This document shows positions 54,213-63,527 of a stretch of 64,000 nt of DNA, piece after piece. Made by a program: the position numbers and the translations under genes. The stretch spans positions 129,818-193,817 of the forward strand of contig CALXMW010000003.1 of assembly GCA_944389585.1 (NCBI GenBank). The letters are read 5' to 3'. The DNA is from an uncultured Kiritimatiellota bacterium. Its GTDB lineage: Bacteria > Verrucomicrobiota > Kiritimatiellia > RFP12 > DVOR01. How positions within the stretch are numbered: position 1 is the first letter of the stretch; every line of letters starts with the position of its first letter. Below the pieces are notes generated by a model that saw nothing but the letters and a program-made list of their open reading frames with translations, was not told the origin of the DNA and did not search any database.

Positions 54213-55388
54213 TCAGCGGTAGGACTTTTTGTAGATGTCCACGACGTCGCCGTCGGAAAGCGGCGCGGGGTCGCAGGCGAAGAGGGCGCCGAGGGTGTCG
54301 CGGGCGTTCTTGGCCATGGCGGGGAACTCGTCTGGCACGATGCCGTAGTCGCTCATCTTGAGGGCGTCCACGCCGCAGGCGCGCTGGAGTGCGGCGAGGG
54401 CGTCGAGGAAGTCCTCGGGCCGGGTGGCGGTGGGGCGGCCGAGGGCCTGCGCCAGGCGGACGAAGCGGCCGGGGCAGGCGCCTTTGGCGATGAGCGCGCC
54501 GTAATAGGCCAGGGAGACCATGATGAGGCCCGCGCCGTGGGGGAGGGCGTGGTGGAAGGCGCTGAGGGCGTGCTCGATGGCGTGCTCGCTGGTGAGCGGG
54601 CCGGTGGCCATGACGAAGCCGCCGAGGGTGTTGCCCAGGGCTATCTGCGTGCGGGCCCCGAGGTCGCCGGGGTGGGTGACGCAGCGGGCGAGGTTCGCGC
54701 CGATGCGCTCGACGCCGGCCAGCGCGTAGAGCTCGCTCATCAGCGTGCGGGGGCCGGCAAGGTAGCCTTCGACGCAGTGGAAGAGCGCGTCGAAGCCTTG
54801 GTAGGCGGTGAGGTGGGCGGGCACGGAGGCCATCAGCGTGGGGTCGACCACGGAGAGGGCGGGGAATTGGCGGTGATCCATGAAGCCGGGCTTCTCACGG
54901 CGGTCGTCGTCGGAGATGACCGCGCCGTCGTCGATCTCGCTGCCGGTGCCGGCGGTGGTGGTGACGCAGACGAGCGGGAGCGGGTCGTTGGGATAGCGCT
55001 TGTTGCCGCCGGTGGCGGTGAAGGCATAGTCCCACAGGTCGCCGGGGTTGCGGGCCATCACGCCAATCATCTTCGCGGCGTCCATCACCGAGCCTCCGCC
55101 GAGGGCGACGATGAAGTCGCACCCCTCGGCCTTGGCCAGCGCGGCGCCTTCCATGACGGTGGGGCGCAACGGGTTGGCCTCCACCTTGGGGAACGCGACG
55201 ACGGCGGCGCCGGCCTTGGCGAGCTGGGCCAGGAGGCGGTCATAGGCGCCGGTGGCCTTGGCGGATTTGCCGCCGGTCATGACGAGGAGGGCCTTCTTGC
55301 CGGGGAGCGTCTCCTCGCCGAGCTTGTCGAGCGCGCCGGGGCCGAAGAGCAGGCGCGTGGGAATGTCGTAGACGAAACTGTCGTTCAT
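54213..55388 (-). CDS. Iron-containing (group III) alcohol dehydrogenase
   Basis: GGGSVMDAAK, the TTAGTGSE block and the H..EHALSAFHHALPHGAG metal site. 391 aa. Confidence 0.9.
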   Translation of the reverse strand: MNDSFVYDIPTRLLFGPGALDKLGEETLPGKKALLVMTGGKSAKATGAYDRLLAQLAKAGAAVVAFPKVEANPLRPTVMEGAALAKAEGCDFIVALGGGSVMDAAKMIGVMARNPGDLWDYAFTATGGNKRYPNDPLPLVCVTTTAGTGSEIDDGAVISDDDRREKPGFMDHRQFPALSVVDPTLMASVPAHLTAYQGFDALFHCVEGYLAGPRTLMSELYALAGVERIGANLARCVTHPGDLGARTQIALGNTLGGFVMATGPLTSEHAIEHALSAFHHALPHGAGLIMVSLAYYGALIAKGACPGRFVRLAQALGRPTATRPEDFLDALAALQRACGVDALKMSDYGIVPDEFPAMAKNARDTLGALFACDPAPLSDGDVVDIYKKSYR

Positions 55389-55412
55389 GGCGTCAACCTT
55401 TGTTGGGAATTA

Positions 55413-55592
55413 GGAGAACGGAAAACGGGGAACGGAGAACGGAGCGCGCGGCAAGCGCGCGACGGGCTGGCCAAAAGGAAGCTATGAAACACCTTTCGAG
55501 TTTCTTTGTGGTTCTTCGGGCCCTGCAAACATTCCACAGGTGCCCATCTGCCACTCCGTCGCCCCGCAGGGGCGCCCCGTTTTCCGTTCTCC
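55413..55592. repeat. MITE-like palindromic repeat, copy G (180 bp, perfect 18-bp TIRs)
   Basis: GGAGAACGGAAAACGGGG (55413-55430) is the exact reverse complement of 55575-55592. Each arm has a GC hairpin (GCGCGC-GGCAA-GCGCGC; CGCCCC-GCA-GGGGCG). It sits between the ISF stop and the ADH start on the same strand. Confidence 0.85.
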
Positions 55593-55597
55593 TCTCA

Positions 55598-56131
55598 TCA
55601 GAAGTTCTTGCCCAGCGCGTAGGCCTGGTCGGCAAAGAGGGAGTCCTTGGCGTCGCCGGCGGCCCAGAGGCCGGTGGCGACGAGGGTGCCGCCTTCGGCC
55701 CAGCCTTCGTAGTCGGCGATTTTGCGGAACTGCAGGACTGCGGCCGCGGCGGTGTCGGGGTCGGTGTCGGCGAGGGTGACGATGAGGGCGGCCTTCTTGG
55801 GGAACTTGAGGTCGTCGCCGCAGGCGTAGAAGCGGTCGATGGCGGCGGTGAGCTGGGCGGGGAGGCCGAAGTAGTAGATGGGCGCGGCGAAGACGAGTGC
55901 GTCGGCCTTGGCGATGGCGCGGCGGACGTCGGCGAAGCCGTCGTGGAAGGTGCAGGTGCCGCTGCCGTTGTGGCAATGCTCGCAGGCGACGCAGGGGTGG
56001 ATGTCCAGGTGTGCCGCGTCGAGGCGCGTCACCGTGTGGCCGGCGGCCTGCGCGCCCTCGGCGAAGCGTTCGGCGAGGAAGTTGGAATTGCCGTTGGGGC
56101 GGGGGCTGCCCGTCAGGATCAGGATGTTCAT
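55598..56131 (-). CDS. Iron-sulfur flavoprotein (ISF) / flavodoxin-like FMN reductase, second paralogue
   Basis: ATG 56131 after AAAGGAGAG. MNILILTGSPRPNGNS. CVACEHCHNGSGTC (Cx2Cx2Cx6C). Confidence 0.85.
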   Translation of the reverse strand: MNILILTGSPRPNGNSNFLAERFAEGAQAAGHTVTRLDAAHLDIHPCVACEHCHNGSGTCTFHDGFADVRRAIAKADALVFAAPIYYFGLPAQLTAAIDRFYACGDDLKFPKKAALIVTLADTDPDTAAAAVLQFRKIADYEGWAEGGTLVATGLWAAGDAKDSLFADQAYALGKNF

Positions 56132-56161
56132 GGTCTCTCCTTTCTCAAGGTGGTCGCTCCG

Positions 56162-56167
56162 ATTATA
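56162..56167 (-). promoter_or_regulatory. -10 box TATAAT upstream of the ISF / ADH operon
   Basis: The reverse complement of 56162-56167 is TATAAT, 30 nt upstream of ATG 56131, with an SD in between. Confidence 0.35.
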
Positions 56168-56268
56168 CCCCTTTCCGGGGCGCCCGTCGCGCACCTTCCC
56201 TTGAAAGAAAACGCCGCCATGATAAATCTTGGAGCGGGCTCGAGGTCAAGCCCTTTCCCCGCGGGAAC

Positions 56269-56296
56269 AAAAAAGGCCCCGCCTTCCGGCGGGGCC
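56269..56296 (-). terminator. Terminator after ugd (minus strand)
   Basis: GGCCCCGCC-GGAA-GGCGGGGCC followed on the minus strand by TTTTTTGTT. Confidence 0.7.
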
Positions 56297-56312
56297 TTTG
56301 CGTGGGGGCCGC

Positions 56313-57662
56313 TTAGTCGCGGCCGACGGCGAGGACGCGGAAGCCGAGCTTGCGGAGCGCGGCGTGGTCGAGGAGGTTGCGGGTGTCGAAGAGGAGGGCG
56401 GGTTTGCGCATGGCGGCGTAGACGCGGGCCCAGTCGAGCGCGCGGTAGCAGTCCCACTCGGTCATGAGGAGGATGGCGTCGGCGCCTTCGGCGGCCTTGT
56501 AGGGGTCGGGCTCGAGGGTGACGGCGCCGAGGTGGGCGAGGTCGCGCTTGGCGTTGGGGAGGGCCTTGGGGTCGGTGACGACGATTTGGGCGTGCTCCTC
56601 GGCCAGGAGGTTGGCGACGGTGAGGGCGGGGGTCTCGCGGGTGTCGCCGGTGTTGGCCTTGAAGGCGAAGCCGAAGAGGGCGATGCGCTTGCCGGCGAGG
56701 GTGTTGAAGAGGGCCTTGACGGTGCGCGCGACGATGCGGCGCTGCTGGGCCTCGTTCATGGTGACGACGCTTTCCCAGTAGGCGGCGCAGTCGTCGAGGC
56801 CGTAGGTGCGGCAGAGGTAGACGAGGTTGAGGACGTCTTTCTTGAAGCAGGAGCCGCCGAAGCCGGGGCCGGCCTGGAGGAACTTGGGGCCGATGCGCTT
56901 GTCCATGCCCAGGACGCCGGCGACCTCCTGGATGTCGGCGCCGGTGGCCTCGCAGAGGGCCGAGAAGGCGTTGACCGAGGAGATGCGCTGGGCGAGCATG
57001 GCGTTGGCCGCGAGCTTGGACATCTCGCTGGACCAGACGTTGGTGGTGAGGATGCGGCGGCGCGGGACCCAGGCGGCGTAGACGTCCACCAGGGCCTTGA
57101 TGGCGGCCTTGCCGCGGCGGTCCTGCGGGCCGCCGATGAGGACGCGGTCGGGCTCGAGCAGGTCGCGGATGGCCGAGCCCTCGGCGAGGAACTCGGGGTT
57201 GGAGAGGACGGTGAAGGTGTGCTCGGGGTGGGTGTGGAGCACGGCGGCCATCGCGTCGGCGGTGCGCACGGGGAGGGTGGATTTCTCGACGACGATCTTG
57301 TCGCGGTTGGCCTCCTGCGAGATGGTGCGCGCGGCGGCCTCCCAGAATTGGAGGTCGGAGGCATAGCCGGCGCCCTCGCCGAAGGTCTTGGTGGGGGTGT
57401 TCACGCCCACGAAGATGATGTCGCAGGCCTTGATTGCGCCGGCGACGTCGGTGGAGAAAAAGAGGTTCTTGCCGCGGCAGGACTTGACCACCTCCTCGAG
57501 GCCCGGCTCGTAGATGGGCAGGTCGTCCGAGTTCCAGGCATCGATGCGCGCCTGGTTGACGTCCACCACCATGACCTTGCGGTCGGGGTTCTTCTGCGCG
57601 ATGACGGCCATGGTGGGCCCGCCGATGTACCCGGCGCCGATGCACGCGATGTCACGATTCAT
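56313..57662 (-). CDS. ugd: UDP-glucose 6-dehydrogenase
   Basis: IACIGAGYIGGPT, GGSCFKKD (catalytic Cys), and GFAFKANTGDTRE. Confidence 0.95.
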   Translation of the reverse strand: MNRDIACIGAGYIGGPTMAVIAQKNPDRKVMVVDVNQARIDAWNSDDLPIYEPGLEEVVKSCRGKNLFFSTDVAGAIKACDIIFVGVNTPTKTFGEGAGYASDLQFWEAAARTISQEANRDKIVVEKSTLPVRTADAMAAVLHTHPEHTFTVLSNPEFLAEGSAIRDLLEPDRVLIGGPQDRRGKAAIKALVDVYAAWVPRRRILTTNVWSSEMSKLAANAMLAQRISSVNAFSALCEATGADIQEVAGVLGMDKRIGPKFLQAGPGFGGSCFKKDVLNLVYLCRTYGLDDCAAYWESVVTMNEAQQRRIVARTVKALFNTLAGKRIALFGFAFKANTGDTRETPALTVANLLAEEHAQIVVTDPKALPNAKRDLAHLGAVTLEPDPYKAAEGADAILLMTEWDCYRALDWARVYAAMRKPALLFDTRNLLDHAALRKLGFRVLAVGRD

Positions 57663-57674
57663 GTCTGGACTCCT

Positions 57675-59183
57675 TTAGGATTGGATTGGCCCGTAGCTTG
57701 GCCCGGCGGGCATCGGGCGGGGATAGGCCCCCGGCATGGCGGCGCGCCCCCACAGCCGCGCCTGGCGCGCCGCGCGCAGGCGTTGCGCGTCGAGCGCCAA
57801 CCCGGTGAAGACGAGCGCCCATGCGACGCCGCCGTTGGCGGACATGGAAAAGAAGGTGAACTCACCAAGGTTGGAAATCAGAAAGACGAAGAGCGAGCAC
57901 GTACAGATGTAGGCGTGGCGTGTCAGCAACCCATAAAAGGAGACGAGGATGAAGAGGATGAAGAAGAACATCCCCAAGGCGCCGCCTTCTTCCAGGATCG
58001 CCGTAATCCAGACGCCCTTCTCGATGGGCGCGGAGAGCAACTGCGTCCACGACTGGATGTCCATCGCTTCCATTCGTTTGGCGACCTGGAAGCCGTTTCC
58101 GATGAAGGGGCTTTCGGCGAAGTTTTCCATCGCGGTGTCCATCAGGCCCTGACGGGAAGAGGTGAGCGCGGTGAACGAAGTGTCCGTCACCACGGCGTTT
58201 TCGCCGCGGGCCTTGAACGCAAAGGCGAGGACTTTGTCGCGCATCTCCGGGGTGGCGAAGAGAGCCACGCCGCAGAGCATCCCCGCGAGGAAGAGCGCTC
58301 CGAGCGCGCGCCCCTTCCAACGGGAGCTCACGCCGTTCGCACACACGAAGACAAAGGTGGTGAAGCATATCCCGGCCAACCACGTGCCCATCGCCGTGCG
58401 GCTGGAAGTATAATACAGAAGCACCGGCGCCCCAAGCAAAAGCGCCAAATAGAGCATGTTCCAACGCCGGATGAAAAAGAGCATGTCCGCCAGGAGTGTC
58501 GTCGCTATAAGGCTGACAGCCGGCCCCAAGGTCTGCGGTTGGAAGGTGACCCCCATGAAGAGCCCGACGGAGTCTACGTTTAACCCCTGTTCTACCGCCT
58601 CTGCCGCTCCCATCTTGCCGATCCCCGGGAACGGGATGAGCGCAAGCGACCCGAAAATCAGGAAGCAGGCGAAGACCAACACCACGCTCCGGAGCGTCTG
58701 CGGACGGATCCGCCTATCCGTGCAAGCCGCGCCGGCCACGCCCCAGAACGCCAGGAAGACGATGACGAAGAGCGCCAGCTTCAGGTAACTGATGATGGGT
58801 TGCCACCCCTGAGAGGAGGCCAACGCCTGGAATGCCACATACAAAAAGATGGAGAGCAGAGGGGTGAGGATCTTCGGCATCTTGCGTGCCGTGGCCTGAA
58901 GAACCAGCACACCGGCGGCGAGGCCGTACACCAAACGCGCGGCGATGGAGAAGGCGAACCCCTTCGGCGCGAGGGCGCCGTTCGTCACCGTCAGCATCGC
59001 CGTCGCCAAGATGGCGTAGAGCAACAACTCCGCGCGGTTCTTGGCGAACGCGACCAATAGGAACGGGAAGATAATCAGGAAGCCTGCGCCGCCCGTGGCC
59101 TTCATCAGCGCGCACAGGGTGCCGAGGCCGATCAGCCCCCACACCAGCCATTTGACGGAGTAAGCGTTTTCAGCCCTCTTCAT
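57675..59183 (-). CDS. O-antigen ligase/polymerase-like (Wzy/WaaL family) polytopic membrane protein
   Basis: 502 aa with 10 or more TM segments and a large loop in the C-terminal third. Sits in the glycosyltransferase operon. Assignment rests on topology and context. Confidence 0.65.
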   Translation of the reverse strand: MKRAENAYSVKWLVWGLIGLGTLCALMKATGGAGFLIIFPFLLVAFAKNRAELLLYAILATAMLTVTNGALAPKGFAFSIAARLVYGLAAGVLVLQATARKMPKILTPLLSIFLYVAFQALASSQGWQPIISYLKLALFVIVFLAFWGVAGAACTDRRIRPQTLRSVVLVFACFLIFGSLALIPFPGIGKMGAAEAVEQGLNVDSVGLFMGVTFQPQTLGPAVSLIATTLLADMLFFIRRWNMLYLALLLGAPVLLYYTSSRTAMGTWLAGICFTTFVFVCANGVSSRWKGRALGALFLAGMLCGVALFATPEMRDKVLAFAFKARGENAVVTDTSFTALTSSRQGLMDTAMENFAESPFIGNGFQVAKRMEAMDIQSWTQLLSAPIEKGVWITAILEEGGALGMFFFILFILVSFYGLLTRHAYICTCSLFVFLISNLGEFTFFSMSANGGVAWALVFTGLALDAQRLRAARQARLWGRAAMPGAYPRPMPAGPSYGPIQS

Positions 59184-59217
59184 GACGCTATGGTATCACA
59201 TTTCGGCGTCTGGGATG

Positions 59218-60387
59218 TCAGGCATTGTGTCTCGCGTCGTCGATGGGGGCATGGGTTCTGACCGCCGCCGCGATTTGGGCGTTGATGACGCCCCAGTCCA
59301 CGGCTTGGGCGGCTTGGCGGCAGCGGTCGCTTCGCTCGGGGAGGGCCGCGTCTCCCAAGGTGGCTGCGACCTTTGCCGCGGCCTCCGCCTCGTCCCCCGG
59401 CGTGAAGCAGACGCCGAGGGACGCCTCGGAGAGATAGGCCTGCGCGCCGGGCGTCGCGCTTGAGACGACGGGCAGGCCCAACGACAGGAACTCCGGGATC
59501 TTGAGCACGTAGTTCCACCGCCAGCTGGGGCGGTCGTCATAGGCGTTGAGGGCGACCTCGCAGGAGGCGAGCAGCCGCATGGCCTCGGCGTTCGGGACCA
59601 CGCCCGGGGCGATGAGGGCCTCTTGCGGGATGCCTGCCCGGCGAAGCATCCCCAGCACCGCCTCGCGTTCCGCGCCGCCGCCGATCCAGACCAGCGAACG
59701 GCCCCTGTCTTCCTGCCACAGGCGAAGGAAAATCCGCGCGATCGCCCAACAGCCCTTGCTCGAGGCGAACGCGCCGTTCACGCCAATCCTCCCGCGCACC
59801 CGCCGGACGCCCTCGGCCGCGGATTGGTTGGCCTCGCATCGCGTGCCGTTGCGGAAAACGAAGACTTTGCCCCGCAGCCGTTCCGGGAACCAGCCTTCCA
59901 AAAAGCCCGGGTGCAGGTTGAGGACCAGCATTTCCGCCCGCGCCACCGTGCATGCGAACAACCCCTTCAACAGCTTTGCCCGCAAGCGGCTGAAGCAATC
60001 CCTTCGATTGTGGACCGTGATCCCCGGCGGATCCCAACAGCAAAACACGAACCGCCGCCGGAAGAGCAACGCCCCTAGCAGACACGCGAGGAACGAGGGC
60101 TCATTGGAAGGCGCGCAAACCAACACCTCGGCACGCCGTCCCGCGGCTCGCATCATCCGAAAAAGGGTCAGCCCGAACCGCCCATCGCCCCGAACGGGGA
60201 GCTCCTCGACTCCCACATGCCCGCGGAAATCCTCCGGCACCCACTCCCGTTTGCCCTTCGGCACAAAGAGTCGCCCGCCGAGAAACTCCAGCGTCAGTCG
60301 GATTTTCTGATAAGCGTTCGCGTTCCTGGAATAACACGCGGCATTCCCCGCCAGCACAAACCCATATGGAGTCTTTTGCTCAGTCAT
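59218..60387 (-). CDS. Glycosyltransferase, GT-B fold (GT4-like)
   Basis: ATG 60387 (ATGA overlap with the upstream GT stop). The C-terminal half with LKIPEFLSLGLPVVSS resembles the GT4 sugar-donor domain (E-x7-E region is degenerate). Confidence 0.7.
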   Translation of the reverse strand: MTEQKTPYGFVLAGNAACYSRNANAYQKIRLTLEFLGGRLFVPKGKREWVPEDFRGHVGVEELPVRGDGRFGLTLFRMMRAAGRRAEVLVCAPSNEPSFLACLLGALLFRRRFVFCCWDPPGITVHNRRDCFSRLRAKLLKGLFACTVARAEMLVLNLHPGFLEGWFPERLRGKVFVFRNGTRCEANQSAAEGVRRVRGRIGVNGAFASSKGCWAIARIFLRLWQEDRGRSLVWIGGGAEREAVLGMLRRAGIPQEALIAPGVVPNAEAMRLLASCEVALNAYDDRPSWRWNYVLKIPEFLSLGLPVVSSATPGAQAYLSEASLGVCFTPGDEAEAAAKVAATLGDAALPERSDRCRQAAQAVDWGVINAQIAAAVRTHAPIDDARHNA

Positions 60388-61445
60388 TGCTGTTTCCCTG
60401 TGGCATGGATCGTTTTTTCGTAGGCCGCGGCGAGGGCGCGGGCGACGGCGGGCCAGGTGTAGCGTTCGCGCACGAGGGCGCGGCCGCGTTCGCCCATGGC
60501 CTGCCGCTCTGCATCGGTGAGGGAGAGGGCGGCACGCAGGGCCTCCACGAGGGGCTCCACGCCGATTTCGATCCACCAGCCGCAGACGTGGGTGCGCAGT
60601 TCTTCCCAAGGGGTACCGACGGTGGTGATGACGGGTGTGGCGGCGGCGAGGGCTTCGATGACCACAGAGCCGAAGTTTTCGGAGTGGGTGGGCAACAGGA
60701 AGAGCTTGGCATTGGCGTAGAGCGCGTCTTTCTCCTCTCCGTAGACGGGACCGAGGTAGGCGACGGAGGTCTCGTCCAATCCTGCGGCGCGAGCCCGCGC
60801 GATGACGTCGGCGGCGTGCGTGCCATCGGAGGGACCCGCGATGAGGAGACGCCATCCTTTCGGCCGCAGACGGGCCCAGGCATCGACGAGGTTGAAGAGC
60901 CCTTTCTTGGGGTGGACGCGTGAGACGAAGAGCGCGACATTGGGGCGCACTGCGTGCGGGGGCGCCTCAACGGTCGGGAGGTCGACTCCCAACGGAATGA
61001 TTGTGGTGGCCCCGCGCAGACCCACGCGGCGGCAATCCTCCACTTCGCTGAGCGCGGTTGCGTGCAACAGCGTGGCCCCGCGCAGCCCCCACCATTGATA
61101 GAGTGCCAGGGCAAGACGTTTCTTGAGCGCACGTTGCGAGAGGGCCCACGGCGTGAGCATGCCGTGGGGGGACCAGACGATGGGGATATGGCGGCGTTTG
61201 GCCCAGAGGAAGGCGCGGAAAAGCCAAGGCGTCCAGAGGGCGTGGATGTGCACCACGTCGGGGAGCCAATCGGTGGGCGGGGCGGCGAGAATGGGCGCGG
61301 GCGTGGGATAGTCGTCCGGGGCCGCATGGCGCACCCACAGGCGACAGTCGTGTCCGCGTTCGGCCAGCGCCCGCAGGGCCTCGCCGCAGAAGACGGAGGT
61401 GCCGGCGGCGCGGGCCATGCCCGTGATGACGTGCAGGAGCCTCAT
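60384..61445 (-). CDS. Glycosyltransferase family 4
   Basis: MRLLHVITGMARAAGTSVF, HIHALW, and PTHSENFGSVVIEALAAATPVITT (EX7E motif). Confidence 0.88.
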   Translation of the reverse strand: MRLLHVITGMARAAGTSVFCGEALRALAERGHDCRLWVRHAAPDDYPTPAPILAAPPTDWLPDVVHIHALWTPWLFRAFLWAKRRHIPIVWSPHGMLTPWALSQRALKKRLALALYQWWGLRGATLLHATALSEVEDCRRVGLRGATTIIPLGVDLPTVEAPPHAVRPNVALFVSRVHPKKGLFNLVDAWARLRPKGWRLLIAGPSDGTHAADVIARARAAGLDETSVAYLGPVYGEEKDALYANAKLFLLPTHSENFGSVVIEALAAATPVITTVGTPWEELRTHVCGWWIEIGVEPLVEALRAALSLTDAERQAMGERGRALVRERYTWPAVARALAAAYEKTIHATGKQQ

Positions 61446-61446
61446 G

Positions 61447-62487
61447 TCAGTCGAGGAAGGAGAGGGCGCGCTCGGCCCAGTCTTCGGTGGTGTAGGCCAT
61501 GCCCAGGCGGTGGCTTTCGCGGCCCATGGCGCGGAGGGCGTCGTCGGGGAGGGCCATGACGCGGCACATGGCCTGGGCGATGGCGTCCTCGTCCTGCGGG
61601 TCGAAGGTGAAGCCGTTCTTGCCGGGCTCGAGGAAGGCGGTGGTGGCCTGGACGACGTTGGAGCAGAGCAGGGGCAGGCCCATCTGCGCGGCTTCCTGCA
61701 CCACCACGCCCCAGGGCTCGAAGACGCTGGGCAGGACGAAGCACCCGGCCTGGGGGATGAAACGTTGGATCTCCTGGGGGCTCTTGTAGCCCAGGTGCTC
61801 GATGCGCGGGTGCTGCGTGCGTTCGTCCCACAACGGGCCGCCGCCGATGCAGCAGAGCCGCCAGTCGCTGCCCGGCGCCCGCTCGAGGGCCTTCAGGAAG
61901 GCGCGCTCCATGCGGCGCATGTTTTTGACGGGGACGTAGCGGCCGATGTAGAGGAAGGTGTGCGGCCACGGGTCGCGGTCCGGCGCGTAGAGCGCGGCGA
62001 ACTTCGCCGAGTCGGCGGCGTACATTCCGTCCTTCAGGCGCCCTTCGGGGAAGCCGACGCGGCGCATGTAATCCGTCTGCGGTTTGCCGGCGCCCCAAGC
62101 GAAGTCGAACAGCGGCCGTAGCATGAACCGGCCCAACACACAGTTCAGCCATTGCTTCGGCTTTCCTTGCCACGGCGTGTCGAGCATGAGCACCGTCCGC
62201 GTGTCCTTCTCCCGGAGGCGCCTGGACAATTCCAGGAAGCGGCGGTCGGCCCAGCCGCCGCAGAGGAGCAGATCCGGGCGCCAATCGCCCAGCGCCGCGA
62301 GCAAGGCGTTCACGGTGGGGCATGCGTCAAAACCATAGTAGCGCGCGCGCCCGTGCAACGGGTGGTCTTCCCCCCACGTCTCGGGCTTCGCCCAACAAAC
62401 GACCTCCGCGCCTTTGTCTGCAAGCGCGCGCAGGGACGACACCATATACCCGGCGATCTCGCTGTTCGCCATCATCACCTTTTTCAT
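61447..62487 (-). CDS. Glycosyltransferase family 4/1
   Basis: ATG 62487 preceded by GAAGGAGA. PSVFEPWGVVVQEAAQMGLPLLCS (EX7E). The listed start 62511 lacks an RBS. Confidence 0.85.
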   Translation of the reverse strand: MKKVMMANSEIAGYMVSSLRALADKGAEVVCWAKPETWGEDHPLHGRARYYGFDACPTVNALLAALGDWRPDLLLCGGWADRRFLELSRRLREKDTRTVLMLDTPWQGKPKQWLNCVLGRFMLRPLFDFAWGAGKPQTDYMRRVGFPEGRLKDGMYAADSAKFAALYAPDRDPWPHTFLYIGRYVPVKNMRRMERAFLKALERAPGSDWRLCCIGGGPLWDERTQHPRIEHLGYKSPQEIQRFIPQAGCFVLPSVFEPWGVVVQEAAQMGLPLLCSNVVQATTAFLEPGKNGFTFDPQDEDAIAQAMCRVMALPDDALRAMGRESHRLGMAYTTEDWAERALSFLD

Positions 62488-62509
62488 GCGGTCTCCTTCA
62501 ACGTGCCGC

Positions 62510-62520
62510 ATTATACCACA
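62510..62520 (-). promoter_or_regulatory. Extended -10 (TGTGGTATAAT) for the GT-GT-GT-ligase-ugd operon
   Basis: The reverse complement of 62510-62520 is TGTGGTATAAT, a perfect consensus 23 nt upstream of ATG 62487. Confidence 0.5.
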
Positions 62521-62525
62521 TCGGG

Positions 62526-62556
62526 TTGCGCAGGGGGCGGGGGAATGTGCTATCCT
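62526..62556 (+). promoter_or_regulatory. Promoter of the EIIA-CBS gene (TTGCGC-N19-TATCCT, TGTGC upstream)
   Basis: -35 at 62526-62531, -10 at 62551-62556. Divergent from the GT operon promoter. Confidence 0.35.
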
Positions 62557-62584
62557 AGAAGGGAAACAAGCGAGGGATTTTCTT

Positions 62585-63520
62585 ATGGCAGAAGCGAACG
62601 CGATCTATCTGAGCGCCTTCTTCTCGGAGGCGGACATCGTCATCGAGCAGACGGTGCCTTCCTTTTACAACATGATCCACGCGCTGGTGGGGCTGGTCGT
62701 GGCCAACCACCTGCCCGGCGTGAAGGCCGAGCCGATCGTCGACGCGGTGCTCCGGCGCGAGCGCGTCTCCCCCACCGTCGTGGGCGAGGGCGTCTCCCTG
62801 CCGCACGCGCGCATCGAGGGCATCGAGCGGCCCTACCTGGCGCTGGGCGTTTACCCCGCGGGCATCCCCTCGGCCGAGACGGAAAAGCCGGTGCGCCTGG
62901 TCTTCCTCCTGCTCGTGCCCGAGCATCAGCCCGCGCGCTACCTCCAAATCCTCCGCGCCCTGGCCAACCTCCTGCGCGAGCCCGGCGCCGTCGACCGTAT
63001 CGCCGCGATGGGCGACGCGGAGGAGATCATGCGCTTCCTGCGGCGCAGCGAGCTGAAGCTGCCCGAGTACATCTGCGCGGGCGACCTCATGACGGCGAGC
63101 CCCGAGAGCCTCTCGGCCAACGCCCCCCTCGCCGGCGCCCTGGAAAGCTTCATGGCCGGCGACAAGGTGGAGCTGCCCATCGTGGACGACGACGGGCGCC
63201 TCGTCGGCGCCGTGGACACCCACGCCATGCTCGGCTGCTTCATCCCCAAAGGCCTGCGCAAGCTCTTCCCCGGCGCGAAAGGCGACCTGGATTCCAACAT
63301 GGCCGCCCTGGCCCAACGCCTGCGCGACGCCCACCGCACCCGCGTCCGCGACGCCATGAACACCGACGTCTGCACCTGCCAGGTGGACACCCCGGCGCGC
63401 GAGATCGCCGCCGAGCTCGCCGAGCGCAACGCCGTCAAATGCTACGTCCTCGACAAGGGCGGGCGCCTCATCGGCGTCATCCCCCTGGCCCAATTCTTCA
63501 GCCGCATCCTCCGCGACTGA
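62585..63520 (+). CDS. PTS EIIA(Ntr/fructose)-type regulatory domain fused to a CBS-domain pair
   Basis: ATG 62585. GEGVSLPHARIEG (EIIA phospho-His block) and VRLVFLLLVPE. The C-terminal half has two CBS units (GDLMT...ELPIVDDDGRLVGAV; RDAMNTD...YVLDKGGRLIGVI). Confidence 0.8.
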   Translation: MAEANAIYLSAFFSEADIVIEQTVPSFYNMIHALVGLVVANHLPGVKAEPIVDAVLRRERVSPTVVGEGVSLPHARIEGIERPYLALGVYPAGIPSAETEKPVRLVFLLLVPEHQPARYLQILRALANLLREPGAVDRIAAMGDAEEIMRFLRRSELKLPEYICAGDLMTASPESLSANAPLAGALESFMAGDKVELPIVDDDGRLVGAVDTHAMLGCFIPKGLRKLFPGAKGDLDSNMAALAQRLRDAHRTRVRDAMNTDVCTCQVDTPAREIAAELAERNAVKCYVLDKGGRLIGVIPLAQFFSRILRD

Positions 63521-63527
63521 CCCCGCC

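Noticed and set aside
55470-55600. Small plus-strand ORF inside repeat G (ATG about 55483, MKHLSSFFVVLRALQTFHRC...) with an AAGGAAG-like sequence upstream.
   Set aside because: It runs antisense into the ISF gene without conservation evidence, and it sits inside a palindromic element. It is most likely fortuitous.
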